A stretch of DNA of 64,000 nt from a bacterium (GTDB lineage: Bacteria; UBA8248). The DNA lies in assembly GCA_965203325.1 (NCBI GenBank), contig OZ241875.1:3360001-3424000 (forward strand), in the 5' to 3' direction. Shown here piece after piece: positions 45,854-56,040 of this stretch (positions within the stretch are counted from its first letter, which is position 1; the number at the start of each line of letters is the position of its first letter). The notes under the pieces were generated by a model, which was given only the letters and a program-made list of their open reading frames with translations, had not been told where the DNA came from and ran no database searches. The position numbers and the translations under genes were made by a program.

Positions 45854-45986
45854 TTCGCATCACTCCTGTTGAATATGGCGTCACGCGACGCCCGTGCTTG
45901 CGAATCGGTGGACAGGCCAATCTCGCAAAAAAATCAGGAGGGGCTTCTCCCGTCTCGTGTGGGGTATGTGCCTGCTCCTATGAAAA

Positions 45987-46892
45987 TTATTTTCTTTTCG
46001 GCTTCATTCCCATGGCGTTCAGGAAAGCCTCGAATACGGCGTTCAAGTCTGCGTGTTCGAACCCGAGCGCCATGGCGGAGGTATGCTGCTGCCGCGCGGC
46101 GGCGCCAATGGGGACGGGAACGCCCAGATCGTTGGCTTCGTTCATGCTGATTCCCATGTCCTTGTAGCTGAGTCCCAGATTCCCGATGACGCCCGAATAA
46201 TCGCGCGCCGCCATCTCCGGGCCTTTGTAGTGGATCAGGTCCGGAATCACGCTCCCTTGTAGGAATTTCATCATTTTCTGGGCCGTGAGTCCCGCCTTCA
46301 CCCCGAAAGCCAGACCCTCGGCCATGCCGGCGTGCTGGATGAAGATGATGTGGTTCGACACCAGTTTCATGAGCAGGCCGTTTCCGGTTTTTCCCATGTA
46401 GGTGATCGACTTGCTGAAGGCGTCGAGCACGTCGCGGTGTTCCTTGAAGGCGGACTCGTCTCCGCCCACGATGGCTGAGACTCCCCTTTGCTCCAGATGC
46501 GGAACGCTTCCGAGCACGGGAGCGTCCAGAAAGGCGATTCTCTTCTTCCTGGCTTCTGCGGCGATCTCTTTCGCAAGGGCGACGCTGCTCGTCGAAAGCT
46601 CGAAGCATACCGCGCCGCGCCGCATCGCCTTGAGCGCGCCGCCTTTGCCCAGGTAGACGTCTCTCACGATTTCGGTCTTGGGGAGCGAACTGCACGCCAC
46701 GTCTGCGCCCTTCACCGCCGCTGCTACGGTTCTCGCGATTTTGGCGCCGTTTTTCTTCGCAGCGGCGGTTGCCTTTGGCACGGGGTCGTAGCCGGTGACG
46801 TCGAAGCCCGCGTCGACTAGGTGCTTCGCCATCAACCCGCCCATGCGGCCCATACCGAGGAACGCGATCTTTTTCGTTGCCTTGCGCGCCAT
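45987..46892 (-). CDS. Beta-hydroxyacid dehydrogenase, tandem duplicate
   Basis: MARKATKKIAFLGMGRMG, DAPVLGS, MKLVSN. Confidence 0.9.
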   Translation of the reverse strand: MARKATKKIAFLGMGRMGGLMAKHLVDAGFDVTGYDPVPKATAAAKKNGAKIARTVAAAVKGADVACSSLPKTEIVRDVYLGKGGALKAMRRGAVCFELSTSSVALAKEIAAEARKKRIAFLDAPVLGSVPHLEQRGVSAIVGGDESAFKEHRDVLDAFSKSITYMGKTGNGLLMKLVSNHIIFIQHAGMAEGLAFGVKAGLTAQKMMKFLQGSVIPDLIHYKGPEMAARDYSGVIGNLGLSYKDMGISMNEANDLGVPVPIGAAARQQHTSAMALGFEHADLNAVFEAFLNAMGMKPKRK

Positions 46893-46965
46893 ATCTTCAG
46901 GCTCCTGCGGTCGGATGCGCCATGGCACACCGTCTATCCGGGCGTTTCTGATGCCTCGGTAACAT

Positions 46966-47871
46966 TCACTTTCTCTTCGGCCTTGTTCCCATGGCGTTCA
47001 GGAACGACTCGAAAACAGCGTTGAAGTCCGCATCTTCGAGGCCGAGCGCCATGGCGGAGGTGTATTGCTGCCGCGCGGCGGCGCCCAGGGGTACGGGTGC
47101 GCCCAAGTCGTTCGCCTCGTTGATGCTGAGCCCCAGATCCTTGAAGCTTATCCCCAGGTTCGCGATGACGTCGGAATAATCGCGCGCCGCCATCGTCGTG
47201 CCCTTGTAGTGGATGAGGAGGGGAATCACGCTGCCTTGCAGGAATTTCATCATTTTGGGCGCCGTCAGCCCCGCCTTCATCCCGAACGCCAGTCCCTCGG
47301 CCATGCCGGAGTGGTGGATGTTCAGAATGTGGTTCGTCACCAGTTTCATGATCAGGCCGTTGCCGGATTTCCCCATGTAGGTGATGGATTTGCTGAAGGC
47401 GTCGAGCACGTCGCGGTGTTCTTTGAGCGCGGCCTGTTCTCCGCCCACGATGGCGGCGACTTCCTTGCGCTCCAGGTGCGGAATGCTCCCGCTGACGGGC
47501 GCGTCCAGAAAGGCGATGCCCTTTTTCTTGGCCGCCTCCGCGATCTCTTTCGCCAGACTGACGGTGCTCGTCGAAAGCTCGAAACAGACCGTGCCGCGCC
47601 GCGCCGTCTCGAGCACGCCCTTGGGCCCGAAGTAGACGTCCCTTACGACGGCGGGCGAGGGGAGCGAACTGCACACCACGTCGGCGCCCTTCACCGCCGC
47701 TGCGACGGTTCTCGCGGTTTTGGCGCCGTTTTTCTTGGCCGCTGCGACGGCTTTCGCTGAGGGATCGTAGCCCGTGACCGGGAAGCCGGCGTCGACGAGG
47801 TGTTTCGCCATCAATCCGCCCATGCGGCCCAAGCCCAGGAATGCGATTTTTTTCGTTGCCTTGCGCGCCAT
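46966..47871 (-). CDS. Beta-hydroxyacid dehydrogenase, tandem duplicate
   Basis: MARKATKKIAFLGLGRMG, DAPVSGS, MKLVTN. Confidence 0.9.
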   Translation of the reverse strand: MARKATKKIAFLGLGRMGGLMAKHLVDAGFPVTGYDPSAKAVAAAKKNGAKTARTVAAAVKGADVVCSSLPSPAVVRDVYFGPKGVLETARRGTVCFELSTSTVSLAKEIAEAAKKKGIAFLDAPVSGSIPHLERKEVAAIVGGEQAALKEHRDVLDAFSKSITYMGKSGNGLIMKLVTNHILNIHHSGMAEGLAFGMKAGLTAPKMMKFLQGSVIPLLIHYKGTTMAARDYSDVIANLGISFKDLGLSINEANDLGAPVPLGAAARQQYTSAMALGLEDADFNAVFESFLNAMGTRPKRK

Positions 47872-47880
47872 TTTTCTCTC

Positions 47881-48759
47881 CTATCTTTCGATCCCGAGCA
47901 GATTCAGGGGGTTGTCCACGAGTATTCTTTCACGAACGCTCTCATCCGGTGCCCAGTCGAGCAGTTGATCCAGCAAGTCGCCGTCGTTCGGCATCGGTAT
48001 CTTGCAAGCGGGGTGCGGCCAGTCCGTGCCCCAGATGATGCGCTCGGGCGCCGCTTCGATGAGCGCGCGGGCGATGGGGTCGACGTCTGTATAAGGTGTA
48101 TGCTCAAGGCTTGTGATGCGGTAACCGCCCGTGAGCTTCACCCAGGTTCGGCCCTCTTTGAGCAAGTCCATGAATTCCTGGAGTGGCCCCAGACCCTCGT
48201 CCGCCGGGACGTAACCCATGTGCCCGAAAACGCTGTGGACGGGCAGGGAGGAGAAGGTCTTTCTTAAATCGGGAAACTCATGCACGTGGATCAGGAACTC
48301 CATGTGCCAGCCCATGTCCACGATGCGCTCGCCCATCGCCTGAACGTCTGTGAACGAGTCGAAGGGATTCCCGCCCTTGTCCGCCAGATTGATCCGTAAG
48401 CCGCGAACGCCCGCCTCGTGAAGGCGCGTCAACTCCGCCTCGCTCACCTCCTTGTCCACGGAGGCCACGCCCATGAGCCGCCCGCCCGAGCGTGCCATGG
48501 CGTCGAGCATGGCGGTGTTGTCGACCCCGTAGACGCTCGGCTGGGTGAGGACGCCGCGCGCCACGCCGAGCGTACGGTGGAGGGTTTCATACGCATCAAG
48601 TGAGGCGTCGGGAGGCGTGTAGCCCCTTCTGGGGGAATAAGCGTATTTGCTCTCTGGACCGAAGATGTGGCCATGGGTATCCCAAGCGCCGGGGGGGAGC
48701 TCGAAGCGGGGCGCTCTGGGCCGGGGCTCGGGCGGCGGGCAGGGGAGCATATCCGGCAT
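47881..48759 (-). CDS. Amidohydrolase, LigI-like lactonase family
   Basis: WDTHGHIFGP, QPSVYGVDN, GVRGLRIN, WGTDWPHP. Confidence 0.88.
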   Translation of the reverse strand: MPDMLPCPPPEPRPRAPRFELPPGAWDTHGHIFGPESKYAYSPRRGYTPPDASLDAYETLHRTLGVARGVLTQPSVYGVDNTAMLDAMARSGGRLMGVASVDKEVSEAELTRLHEAGVRGLRINLADKGGNPFDSFTDVQAMGERIVDMGWHMEFLIHVHEFPDLRKTFSSLPVHSVFGHMGYVPADEGLGPLQEFMDLLKEGRTWVKLTGGYRITSLEHTPYTDVDPIARALIEAAPERIIWGTDWPHPACKIPMPNDGDLLDQLLDWAPDESVRERILVDNPLNLLGIER

Positions 48760-48770
48760 TCAGTTTCCCT

Positions 48771-49070
48771 CTAGTGGAGGTCGCCCTCGCGGCCGTAGAG
48801 CTTGTGGCGCGGCCGGCCCGCCAGAATTTCCGCTTTTCCCCAGTCCGTGACGGCGCGAAAAGCATCGCTCCTGATGAAGGCCATGAAGTCTTCCTGCGCA
48901 TCCCACTCCGAGAGGATGGTGTAGGAATTGGGATTTTTCACCTGTTGATACAGAAGGCTCTGCACGTGGCCGGCCTGTCCTTCGAGGGCGCCGGCCACGG
49001 CCTCGAATTTCTCCTCGAACTCTTTCTCCTTGCCCGGCAGCACTTCGTAATACATCCCTACGGTGATCAT
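48771..49070 (-). CDS. Antibiotic-biosynthesis-monooxygenase (ABM) domain protein
   Basis: AAGGAG RBS and ATG at 49070; PGKEKEFE..F, YTILSEW....F..F..S.AF. Confidence 0.85.
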   Translation of the reverse strand: MITVGMYYEVLPGKEKEFEEKFEAVAGALEGQAGHVQSLLYQQVKNPNSYTILSEWDAQEDFMAFIRSDAFRAVTDWGKAEILAGRPRHKLYGREGDLH

Positions 49071-49101
49071 GTTCCGCTCCTTGCGCGACGCCGCTTCGGC
49101 G

Positions 49102-49968
49102 TCATAGATATTCACGTTCCCACGTCTGGATTTCCGAGATGCCAAGGGCGTCGTTGTATTCCTGGAAAGTGGCCATCATTTCGCGCGCCGAGCGCGTGGA
49201 GCCTTCTTCTTTTAGAATCCGCAGCACATCGTTCACTGCTTTCAAATACGTGCAGCGCACGATGCCCGGATAGATGATGACGCCGAAGCCGAGTTCGCCG
49301 AGTTCATCCACGCTGAGAGCCGCCTCGCGCCTCGATTCATCCAGGGTGGTGACGTGGGGCGGGGGAACCCCGGCTCCGATTTTTCGGAGTTCCTCCTCGG
49401 TGCCTTCCACCTCGATGAAGGTGAGGTCGGCTCCCGCCTCTTTATAGGCGACGGCCCGGCGGATCGCCTCGTCCAGTCCGTGGTCGGCGGCGGCGTCCGT
49501 GCGGGCGAGGATGAGGAAATCCTCGCTTTGGCGTGCATCGAGAGCCGCCTTCAGCTTGCCGAGTTGTTCTTCGAGCGAGATGACGGGAATCGAGCCGGGC
49601 AGAAAGCCGCACTTTTTGGGGGTCACCTGATCCTCGATCTGGATGCAGGCGACGCCCGCCGATTCGAGTTCGCGGACGGTGCGGATCATGTTCACGGCGT
49701 TGCCGTAGCCTGTGTCGGCGTCCGCGATGAGGGGAATGGAGGTGGCCTGGACGATGTTCCGGCAGACGTCGGCCACCTCGCGCAGCGTCATGAAGCCCAC
49801 ATCGGGCTTGCCGAGAAGCGCCGCCGAGGCGCCGTTGCCCGTCAGATAGTTCACCTCGAAACCCGCCTGCTCCACCATGCGCGCGCTGAAGGCGTCGATG
49901 CAGGCGGGAGCGAGCACGGGGCGATTCTCTTCCAGAAGCGCCCGGAGGCGCGTGCCACGATCATTCAT
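49102..49968 (-). CDS. Isocitrate lyase/PEP mutase family (PrpB/oxaloacetate-acetylhydrolase-like)
   Basis: DAFSAR, PLIADADTGYG, IEDQ..PKKCG, ILARTDA. Confidence 0.9.
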   Translation of the reverse strand: MNDRGTRLRALLEENRPVLAPACIDAFSARMVEQAGFEVNYLTGNGASAALLGKPDVGFMTLREVADVCRNIVQATSIPLIADADTGYGNAVNMIRTVRELESAGVACIQIEDQVTPKKCGFLPGSIPVISLEEQLGKLKAALDARQSEDFLILARTDAAADHGLDEAIRRAVAYKEAGADLTFIEVEGTEEELRKIGAGVPPPHVTTLDESRREAALSVDELGELGFGVIIYPGIVRCTYLKAVNDVLRILKEEGSTRSAREMMATFQEYNDALGISEIQTWEREYL

Positions 49969-50078
49969 GGCGTTATCCCTCGAATAAGTGGAGATCAAGT
50001 TATTCGGAAGTTCTCCCACCACCGGCTCCATGTCAAGCGAGCCTTGTATTCCGCTCAGTCCCAAGGTTAGAGTAGTCC

Positions 50079-50888
50079 TTGCCTCCACGAGAAACACAAG
50101 GTTCATATTCCATGCCGATAAAATGCTCTCCTCGAACCGAGTCCGAAGAGATGGTGGCCCTCGCCCGCGCCGTCGAGCGTTCGCTGGCGGAAGGCGGAAG
50201 AGGTCTCCACCACCTCAGTACGCCGCTGGGTCGCGCTAGTTACCTGCGCAAAGCGGATATCGTGAAAAACCTGAAACCGGACGGCGGCAGGTTGCTGGAT
50301 TGGGGATGCGGCTACGGGCAAATGTCTTATCTTTTGAGAAACCGGGGTTTCGAAGTCGTTTCCTATACCATCGAGGCGGAAGAACCCTCTTCTTGGAACT
50401 CCTTTCTCCGTGAACAGGACCTCGATGTCGTTTACGGTGAGGACCCCGTTCGGCTTCCGTTCGGGGATGAATCGTTCGACCTCGTTTTGTCCTGCGGCGT
50501 TCTGGAGCATGTGGAGGACGAGAGCGGTTCGCTCACAGAAATTCGGCGCATCTTGCGCCCCGGGGGGTTGCTCATCGTGATGATGCTTCCCAACGTGTGG
50601 AGTTATGCGGAGTTCATGGCGAGAAACGTCTTCCGGGCGAGCGATCACGACCGGCGCTATACCATGGAAACGATGTGTCGGCTCCTTTCCGGTTTCAGTT
50701 TCCGGGCGGTCGAGACGTGGTACTCGAATATCCTGCCGAAGAATTTCACTCCTTTGCCGGAAAGACTCAGGCAATCGCTGGGAGCTCATCCGCATATATG
50801 GCTCAGGGTCGAGGCCTGGCTCTCCAAAATTCCTCCCGTTTCCTGGTTCAGCGGGGTTGTTGAAGGCGTTTTTGTGCGCCTGCCATGA
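50079..50888 (+). CDS. Class I SAM-dependent methyltransferase (type 11)
   Basis: LLDWGCGYG, LPFGDESFD, VLEHV, RILRPGG. Start uncertain. Confidence 0.85.
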   Translation: MPPRETQGSYSMPIKCSPRTESEEMVALARAVERSLAEGGRGLHHLSTPLGRASYLRKADIVKNLKPDGGRLLDWGCGYGQMSYLLRNRGFEVVSYTIEAEEPSSWNSFLREQDLDVVYGEDPVRLPFGDESFDLVLSCGVLEHVEDESGSLTEIRRILRPGGLLIVMMLPNVWSYAEFMARNVFRASDHDRRYTMETMCRLLSGFSFRAVETWYSNILPKNFTPLPERLRQSLGAHPHIWLRVEAWLSKIPPVSWFSGVVEGVFVRLP

Positions 50889-51137
50889 GGAGAGATGGAA
50901 AGGCGGGCTCGGCCCGTGGAACGCTTGAGCCATCGTGGGTGGAAGTCTTGATAGCCTGAAAGATTCCGCATGCGCCTTGCGCTTTTCCCGAGAGGCCGCT
51001 TTACTGGAATACCTGCGCTCATGGGACCCACCAATTTTCTGGGATGAGAGCAAGCGGAAATTCCAGGGTTTCCGAAATATGGCAGCCAGAAAACGGGCAT
51101 GACGCGAGGCATGCGCTATCGACATGGGCGGGTCATC

Positions 51138-52253
51138 ATGCGCGTTTTAATCATTTCCCGTTTCTGCGCGTCGCCGGTTTATCGGGCGAAGATCTCCGCA
51201 CTCGCCCGGCGGCCCGGATTGGAAGTTTCTCTGCTCGCGCCTGCGGCGTGGAAAGAAGGCGCGCGGTTGCTCACCTGCCGGGAGGGTGAGGAAGAGGACT
51301 ACCGGATTTTCACCGGTTCTCTGGTTTTGAGCGGCAGGGTGGGCGGTCACGTCTACCGTCGGGGACTCTGGAAAGCGCTAAAGGAAGCGAGGCCCGATAT
51401 CGTCCACATGGAGGAGGAGTCCTACAGTTTCGCCGCAGCCCAGGTGTTGCTTTGCCTGTCTATGCTCAGGACGCGTCCGAAGTTCATGGTGAATAACTCG
51501 GAGAATTTCGATATCGCTCTCCCCTGGCGCTCCCGAAAGATTGAAAAGGTCGTTTTTCGCCGCGCGGACGCGCTTTTGGTCTTTGCCCGTACCGCCCGGG
51601 AGAGGCTGTTGCGCTTCGGCGCACCCCCGGAAAAAGTGCGAACGCTGCCCCAGTTCGGGCTGGACCCGGAGCTTTTCCGTCCTCCCGAACCGGGTGAGCG
51701 CGTGGATGTGTTCAGCGTCGGGTACCTCGGGAGGCTCGTTCATGCGAAAGGAGTCGACGTTCTCCTGAGAGCGCTTGCCGGTCTTTCGGGGGAGTGGAGA
51801 GCGCAGATCGTAGGGGATGGGGAGGAGCGTGAGACGCTCGAGCGGCTGACGCGCGCGCTCGGGCTCGGGGAGCGAGTGGAATTCGTCGGCTGGGTCGATC
51901 CCTCCGACGTTCCCGGATATTTGCGGGGGTGGCATGCGCTGGCGCTTCCATCGAGAACGACGGCGCACTGGAGAGAGCAGTTCGGCCGGGTGCTGATCGA
52001 GGCGATGGGTTGCGGCGTGGTTCCCGTGGGAGCGGCCACGGGCGAAATCCCGCACGTCATCGGTTCGGAGGGGTTCGTATTTCCAGAAGATGACGTGGAG
52101 GCTCTCCAGGAAATTCTTCAGAAACTGCAAAACGAACCCCGCGCGCGCGAACGACTGGCGGATGCGGGCCGCAAAAGAGTGTTAGAAGAATTCACTTGGG
52201 ATGTGCTGGCCGGGAAGGCCCATCGCCTCTATAAAAACATTCTGGCGGGGTGA
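51138..52253 (+). CDS. Glycosyltransferase family 4
   Basis: GYLGRL...KGV, EQFGRVLIEAM.CG. Confidence 0.9.
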   Translation: MRVLIISRFCASPVYRAKISALARRPGLEVSLLAPAAWKEGARLLTCREGEEEDYRIFTGSLVLSGRVGGHVYRRGLWKALKEARPDIVHMEEESYSFAAAQVLLCLSMLRTRPKFMVNNSENFDIALPWRSRKIEKVVFRRADALLVFARTARERLLRFGAPPEKVRTLPQFGLDPELFRPPEPGERVDVFSVGYLGRLVHAKGVDVLLRALAGLSGEWRAQIVGDGEERETLERLTRALGLGERVEFVGWVDPSDVPGYLRGWHALALPSRTTAHWREQFGRVLIEAMGCGVVPVGAATGEIPHVIGSEGFVFPEDDVEALQEILQKLQNEPRARERLADAGRKRVLEEFTWDVLAGKAHRLYKNILAG

Positions 52254-52370
52254 TGCGAGCGGGGTGCATATGTCGCGGGAGTAGCGTGTAGGAGAGGAAT
52301 TTCCGCCGAGGGGCGAAGCGCGCTATATTCTGTGATATCTGTTGGGTTGAAATTTTTTTGAGAGCGCAAG

Positions 52371-53678
52371 ATGAACAGGTCGGAAAATGCAGAAATGCGC
52401 GAATCGCCCCATGATGTGGCGCATTTTATCGATGAGGCTCGCTTGCGCGTGCCTCCCAGAACCGCCGCGCCCTCGATGAGAGAGGCGCTCAGGCCGGAGC
52501 GGGGCCGCAAACTTTCCGTTTTCGAGCGCAGCTATCACTATAAGAGATTTCCGGCGAGATGGGCGTTTCGTGCGGTCGACCTGCTGGGGGAGACTTTTTT
52601 TCGCCAGCCGAGAGAACGGCCTCCGGCAATTCGCCGCGTTCTTTTGGTGCGCCCCGACCATATCGGCGACGTCATCTGCACGCTGCCCGCAATCCGTGCG
52701 ATCCGCGACAGCCTGCCGGACGCGCAAGTCGACCTCCTGATTCGCTCATCGGCCCGTTCTTTGTTCCGGGATGTTGACGAAGAGTTGGCGGGGGTGGATT
52801 TCCTCGTTTTCAATGCGTCCTGGCGCGACAGGCCGAAGAGGAAGAAATTCGGCTTTCGCTCGTTGCGCCGTCTGCGGCGGCTGCTGAGGCTCAGAGCTGA
52901 GGAAATCGACGGGCCTTACGATCTGGCGGTAGATTTTGCGGGCGATTTTCAGTCGATCATTGCGGCCAGGCTCGCCGGTGTGCGCTATCTGGTCGGGCGG
53001 GGCATCAGGGGGTTCGGCTTCGGTCTGGACGCGGAGGCCGAGGAGTTCCCCAAACGTCACCAGGTAGAGTTCAATTTAGACATGCTCGAATATGCGGGGC
53101 TGGGTCCGTTCGAGACGAAAAACCCTGCGCTGACGCTTTCTGAAGAAGAACTGGCCGAGGGACGCGCGTGCATCGCCTCCCTGACGGAGGATCCTTCGGG
53201 ATCTTTCATCGGGATTCATCCGGGAGCCGGGGGAGTGGAAAGAATCTGGAGTCCGCAACTATATGGGGAGTTGATTAGCCGGGTCGTCTCCACGCTTCCC
53301 GTCCGGGTCCTGTTGCTGGGCGGGCCGGATGATCGGCAGGTCGTCGATGAGACACTCAAATCCATGAAGGGTGTTCGCGTGCGGGGCACCATCATTGACA
53401 TGTGCGAGAAGGTTCAGCATCTCCGTTCACTCATGGGGGTGATGAAGGCCTGCCGCTTGTTCATCGGCAACGACTCGGGTCCCACCCATATCGCCGCGGC
53501 GCTCGGCCTCCCTGTGATTTGCATCTTCCAGGGCCCGGCCGAACCGAGCGTATGGGGGCCGCGCGGCCCGAATGTGTTGGTGTTGCGAAAAAGTCCCTCT
53601 TCTACAGGCGATACTCACAAGGACAAAGAGAATCAGGAACTCGAGCGCGTCTACGAGGCGGTGAAGAGATGCGTATAG
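52371..53678 (+). CDS. Glycosyltransferase family 9 (heptosyltransferase-like)
   Basis: RPDHIGDV, IHPGAG, FIGNDSGPTHIAAALG. Confidence 0.9.
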   Translation: MNRSENAEMRESPHDVAHFIDEARLRVPPRTAAPSMREALRPERGRKLSVFERSYHYKRFPARWAFRAVDLLGETFFRQPRERPPAIRRVLLVRPDHIGDVICTLPAIRAIRDSLPDAQVDLLIRSSARSLFRDVDEELAGVDFLVFNASWRDRPKRKKFGFRSLRRLRRLLRLRAEEIDGPYDLAVDFAGDFQSIIAARLAGVRYLVGRGIRGFGFGLDAEAEEFPKRHQVEFNLDMLEYAGLGPFETKNPALTLSEEELAEGRACIASLTEDPSGSFIGIHPGAGGVERIWSPQLYGELISRVVSTLPVRVLLLGGPDDRQVVDETLKSMKGVRVRGTIIDMCEKVQHLRSLMGVMKACRLFIGNDSGPTHIAAALGLPVICIFQGPAEPSVWGPRGPNVLVLRKSPSSTGDTHKDKENQELERVYEAVKRCV

Positions 53679-54799
53679 GCGTTGACGCCCGGATGATATC
53701 GATGGGCGGCATCGGCACCTATTTGAGAACCTTACTCGCCGGGCTGGACAGGCGCGATGACGATGTGGAATACGTCGTGTTCCTGCAGGAAAGGGACATG
53801 GATAGCTGCGCGGGTCTGGGTAGTAATTTTAGGCGAGTGGTTTGCGCGGCGGCGCCCTATTCGTTTGCCGAGCAGGTGAAACTGCCCCGGCTATTGGGGC
53901 GTGAGCGTCTGGATTTGATACATCATCCGCATTATTTCACTCCTTTTTTCGGCAAGACGCCCATGGTGGCGACGATTCATGACTTGATCCATCAATTGTT
54001 CCCGGCGCTTTGCCCCTCACCGCTGCATTGGCGCGCTTCCAAATGGATGATTGCGAGAACGGCGCGGCGGGCGCGTCTGATCCTCGCCGTTTCCGAACAC
54101 ACGAAAAGAGACATCATGGAGCACGTGGGCGTTGCGGATGAAAAGATACGCGTGACGCACAACGCCCTGCCGCCCGGCTGGGAGGACGGGCGCGCGCCCA
54201 GGCCCGAAGCCCTGGAAAAGATCGGTGATGCGCCTTATTTCCTGTATGCGGGAAATCACAAACGGCACAAGAACCTGCAATTGCTGCTCGATGCTTTTGC
54301 GGATTTGCTGAAAGAAGCGAGTAGTGTTCGTTTGGTCATGACAGGTGAGCGGAAGAGTCTCGAAAGTGTTTTACGCTTTTTGGGACTCGGCGAGGAAGTG
54401 GTGTTTCTGGGACGAATGCCCCAGGAGACGCTGCCGAGTGTCTACCGCTCCGCGCTGGCGCTGGTGTTTCCTTCCCATTACGAGGGTTTTGGCTATCCTC
54501 CCCTGGAGTCCATGGCCTGCGGCGCGCCGCCGATCGTGTCGGATGCAGGAGCCTTGCCCGAAGTGGTCGGCGACGCCGGCCTGATCGTTCCGCGGGGGGA
54601 TAAGGACGTCCTGCGAAACGCGATGTTGCGCGTCTTGAGGGAGCCGGACCTGCGGGACAGCCTCGCCGAAAAGTCGAAGGAGCGGGCGCGCTTTTTTCAC
54701 TGGGAAAAACTCGCCGCCGAAACGCAGCGCGCCTACCGAGACGCCCTTTTGCACTCGCCCGGGAGGATTCCCGCCTCGCCGTCCGTATTCAGATCGTGA
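53669..54799 (+). CDS. Glycosyltransferase family 4
   Basis: MRIGVDAR, TIHDL, HKN, PSHYEGFGYPPLESMACG. Confidence 0.9.
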   Translation: MRIGVDARMISMGGIGTYLRTLLAGLDRRDDDVEYVVFLQERDMDSCAGLGSNFRRVVCAAAPYSFAEQVKLPRLLGRERLDLIHHPHYFTPFFGKTPMVATIHDLIHQLFPALCPSPLHWRASKWMIARTARRARLILAVSEHTKRDIMEHVGVADEKIRVTHNALPPGWEDGRAPRPEALEKIGDAPYFLYAGNHKRHKNLQLLLDAFADLLKEASSVRLVMTGERKSLESVLRFLGLGEEVVFLGRMPQETLPSVYRSALALVFPSHYEGFGYPPLESMACGAPPIVSDAGALPEVVGDAGLIVPRGDKDVLRNAMLRVLREPDLRDSLAEKSKERARFFHWEKLAAETQRAYRDALLHSPGRIPASPSVFRS

Positions 54800-54815
54800 G
54801 ATTTCAGGGGCAGAC

Positions 54816-56012
54816 ATGCGGGTAGCGATCGTGCACGACTGGCTCACGGGCATGAGAGGCGGGGAGAAATGCCTCGAGGTATTTTGCGAGATATACCCGG
54901 AGGCGGATATCTTCACGCTGTTTCACCGGCCGGGTTCGGTTTCTGAGGCCATCGAGCGGCACCGCATCCATACCAGCCCCTTGCAGCGGATTCCCGGCGC
55001 CAGGCGGCGCTATCGTTATATGCTTCCCCTCATGCCGACGGCGGTACGGATGTTCTCCCTCAATGAGTACGATTTCATTCTGTCGAGTTCTCATTGCGTT
55101 GCGAAAGGAGCAAGGGGAGATTATGGAACCTACCACCTCAGCTATTGTCATACGCCCATGCGCTATGCCTGGAGCGGTTATGAGGCGTATTTCTCGCGCT
55201 TAGGCGGCGCGGCCAGATGGTTTTTCCCTCTCCTCGTCGAGTACCTGAGAAGATGGGACAACGAAGCCAACAGGGGAGTGCATGATTTCATTGCCAACAG
55301 CCATACGGTGGCGGAGCGTATCCGCCGCTATTACGGCAGGCAGGCGGAGGTGCTCTACCCGCCGGTGGATACGGAGTTCTACCGCTCCCGAAACGAGCGC
55401 GTATCGGATTACTACCTGATGGTAACGGCGTTCGCACCCTATAAGCGTGTCGATGTGGCAGTCGAGGCCTTTGGGCGGCTGGGCCGCCCGCTCAAGGTGG
55501 TGGGAGAGGGGCAGGATTTCGACCGCATTCGTGCATCGGGGAAACCGAACGTGGAGTTCTTGGGCCATCAGGATGATGAAACCATCCGTCAGCTTTACGC
55601 CGGATGCCGCGCCTTCATCCTGCCGGGCGAGGAAGACTTCGGCATCACTCCGATCGAGGCGCAGGCTTGCGGCCGTCCGGTTATCGCCCTCGGCGCGGGC
55701 GGCGCGCTCGAGACCGTCGTGGGTGTGAATGCGCAGGAATATGAAGCGCCGCCGGGCTTCATCCCATGGAATGAGACGGGGGATGAGGAAGCTGTGCCTA
55801 CGGGAATGTTTTTCTCCGGTTCGGAGCCGACAGATATCGAAGAAGCCGTCGTGGCGTTCGAGAAAATGGAAGATCAGTTCTCGCCCGAGGCCGCGCGCAG
55901 GCAAGCGGAGCGATTCGCTCGCGGGAATTTCAAGAAAGCGGCAGCAGAGCGCTTTCGGAGGGGTTGGCTGAATCACCGCGAACGCTTGGAAAAATCGGGT
56001 GAAACATACTGA
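54816..56012 (+). CDS. Glycosyltransferase family 4
   Basis: HDWLTGMRGGE, YCHTPMRYAW, EEDFGITPIEAQACG. Confidence 0.9.
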   Translation: MRVAIVHDWLTGMRGGEKCLEVFCEIYPEADIFTLFHRPGSVSEAIERHRIHTSPLQRIPGARRRYRYMLPLMPTAVRMFSLNEYDFILSSSHCVAKGARGDYGTYHLSYCHTPMRYAWSGYEAYFSRLGGAARWFFPLLVEYLRRWDNEANRGVHDFIANSHTVAERIRRYYGRQAEVLYPPVDTEFYRSRNERVSDYYLMVTAFAPYKRVDVAVEAFGRLGRPLKVVGEGQDFDRIRASGKPNVEFLGHQDDETIRQLYAGCRAFILPGEEDFGITPIEAQACGRPVIALGAGGALETVVGVNAQEYEAPPGFIPWNETGDEEAVPTGMFFSGSEPTDIEEAVVAFEKMEDQFSPEAARRQAERFARGNFKKAAAERFRRGWLNHRERLEKSGETY

Positions 56013-56040
56013 GCAATAGAGTAGTAGTGATAAGATAAGG

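Noticed and set aside
53402..53668. N-terminal extension of the GT4 ORF
   Set aside because: It overlaps the GT9 gene; the typical start MRIGVDAR is at 53669.
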